A stretch of 54,410 bases of DNA from the IMG/VR virus record IMGVR_UViG_3300005602_000004, positions 1-54,410 of that record; one strand, written 5' to 3'. Shown here piece after piece: positions 53,858 to 54,410 of this stretch (positions are counted from its first letter, which is position 1; every line of letters begins with the position of its first letter). Under the pieces are notes generated by a model, which did no database searches, had not been told where the DNA came from, and saw nothing but the letters and a program-made list of their open reading frames with translations. The stretch is from a virus. Taxonomy: Duplodnaviria; Caudoviricetes. Both the position numbers and the translations under genes were made by a program.

Positions 53858-54349
53858 ATGTGGTTCAAGCCGAAGTTGACTAGGGAACCAGTGGTGATCG
53901 ATCAGCCGGACGAATCGAGGAAGGCGCTCGCGGTCAAGGCCAGGGTGGTGTTGGGATACCTGGTGCTCGAACGAGAGATTCCAGGATCGAACGCGAAGAC
54001 TGAGGTCGAGACGGTTTTCAAGAAGTTAGGCATAGAGCCGCTTAATTTCGAGCGAGTCCAGAAGTATCAGAAGTGGTTTGCCAAAAAACATTCAGGAAGT
54101 TTCAGTTGGGAAAGAACAGTTTGGCATGAAACGCCGATTAGACAGTACGAGCATTTTATCCCCGAGTTTGCCCTATCGAGGGCAGTGGAGGTCAAGGAGC
54201 ATCTTCCGGCAGCCGAATTTACAATCGAGTTTCCGGTACGGGAGCAAATCGTTCGGCCCGATCCATTTATGGTGATACATTATAAAGGGACTAAGTATTA
54301 TCTCGATGTGTGGGATGAACCGAAATTCGAAGGTCGGAGGACCGTCTAA
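53858..54349 (+). CDS. conserved phage hypothetical protein
   Basis: SD GAGGAGG; W..T....Y...IPEFAL, DPFMV and VWDEP.F motifs; TAATG coupling to gene 1. Confidence 0.8.
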   Translation: MWFKPKLTREPVVIDQPDESRKALAVKARVVLGYLVLEREIPGSNAKTEVETVFKKLGIEPLNFERVQKYQKWFAKKHSGSFSWERTVWHETPIRQYEHFIPEFALSRAVEVKEHLPAAEFTIEFPVREQIVRPDPFMVIHYKGTKYYLDVWDEPKFEGRRTV

Positions 54350-54410
54350 TGGCACGAGGAAAACTGTTCGAGTACGCAGTTCTGTATCATCCAAAGCCGT
54401 CCAAGGATCA
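54321..54410. repeat. 90-bp terminal direct repeat, copy 2
   Basis: identical to 1-90. Confidence 0.95.

Noticed and set aside
54321-54410. Terminal repeat as a biological direct terminal repeat
   Set aside because: It falls across two coupled coding regions and is most simply an assembler overlap; real genome ends need read data.
1-54410. Genome-wide stop-codon reassignment
   Set aside because: Long genes are intact in the standard code, and TAA, TAG and TGA all end genes at tight junctions.

Overview
The window is a complete, circularly assembled dsDNA tailed-phage genome of about 54,320 bp; bases 54321-54410 repeat bases 1-90 exactly. Gene order indicates a podovirus: terminase large subunit, portal, scaffold, major capsid, adaptor, nozzle, GNAT protein and ejection proteins, with no tape measure. 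A lipoprotein and a beta-barrel-like protein suggest a diderm host. Modules: sugar/methyl modification cluster (0.5-8.9 kb), short leftward operon (9.1-10.4 kb), packaging and structural genes (10.5-31 kb), fibre-like proteins with Sec signal peptides plus lysis genes (31.6-40 kb), a leftward replication/recombination arm (40-48.5 kb) and a rightward arm of small, probably early, genes (48.9-52.9 kb). Six free-standing homing endonucleases of four families are present. I recognised no integrase, DNA polymerase, tRNA or CRISPR array. The strongest candidate for an undescribed system is an RNA circuit. A leftward promoter at 48.7 kb should make a structured RNA whose exposed 5' segment is complementary to the ribosome-binding regions of six rightward genes, and five related, covarying leader structures fill the intergenic gaps of that arm. 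Other highlights are a probable -1 frameshift in gene 1, exported Cys-paired fibre proteins, a GIY-YIG element that replaced the 3' end of its host gene, and probable ACG, ATT and CTG start codons. All product calls come from motifs recognised by eye; no database search was run.
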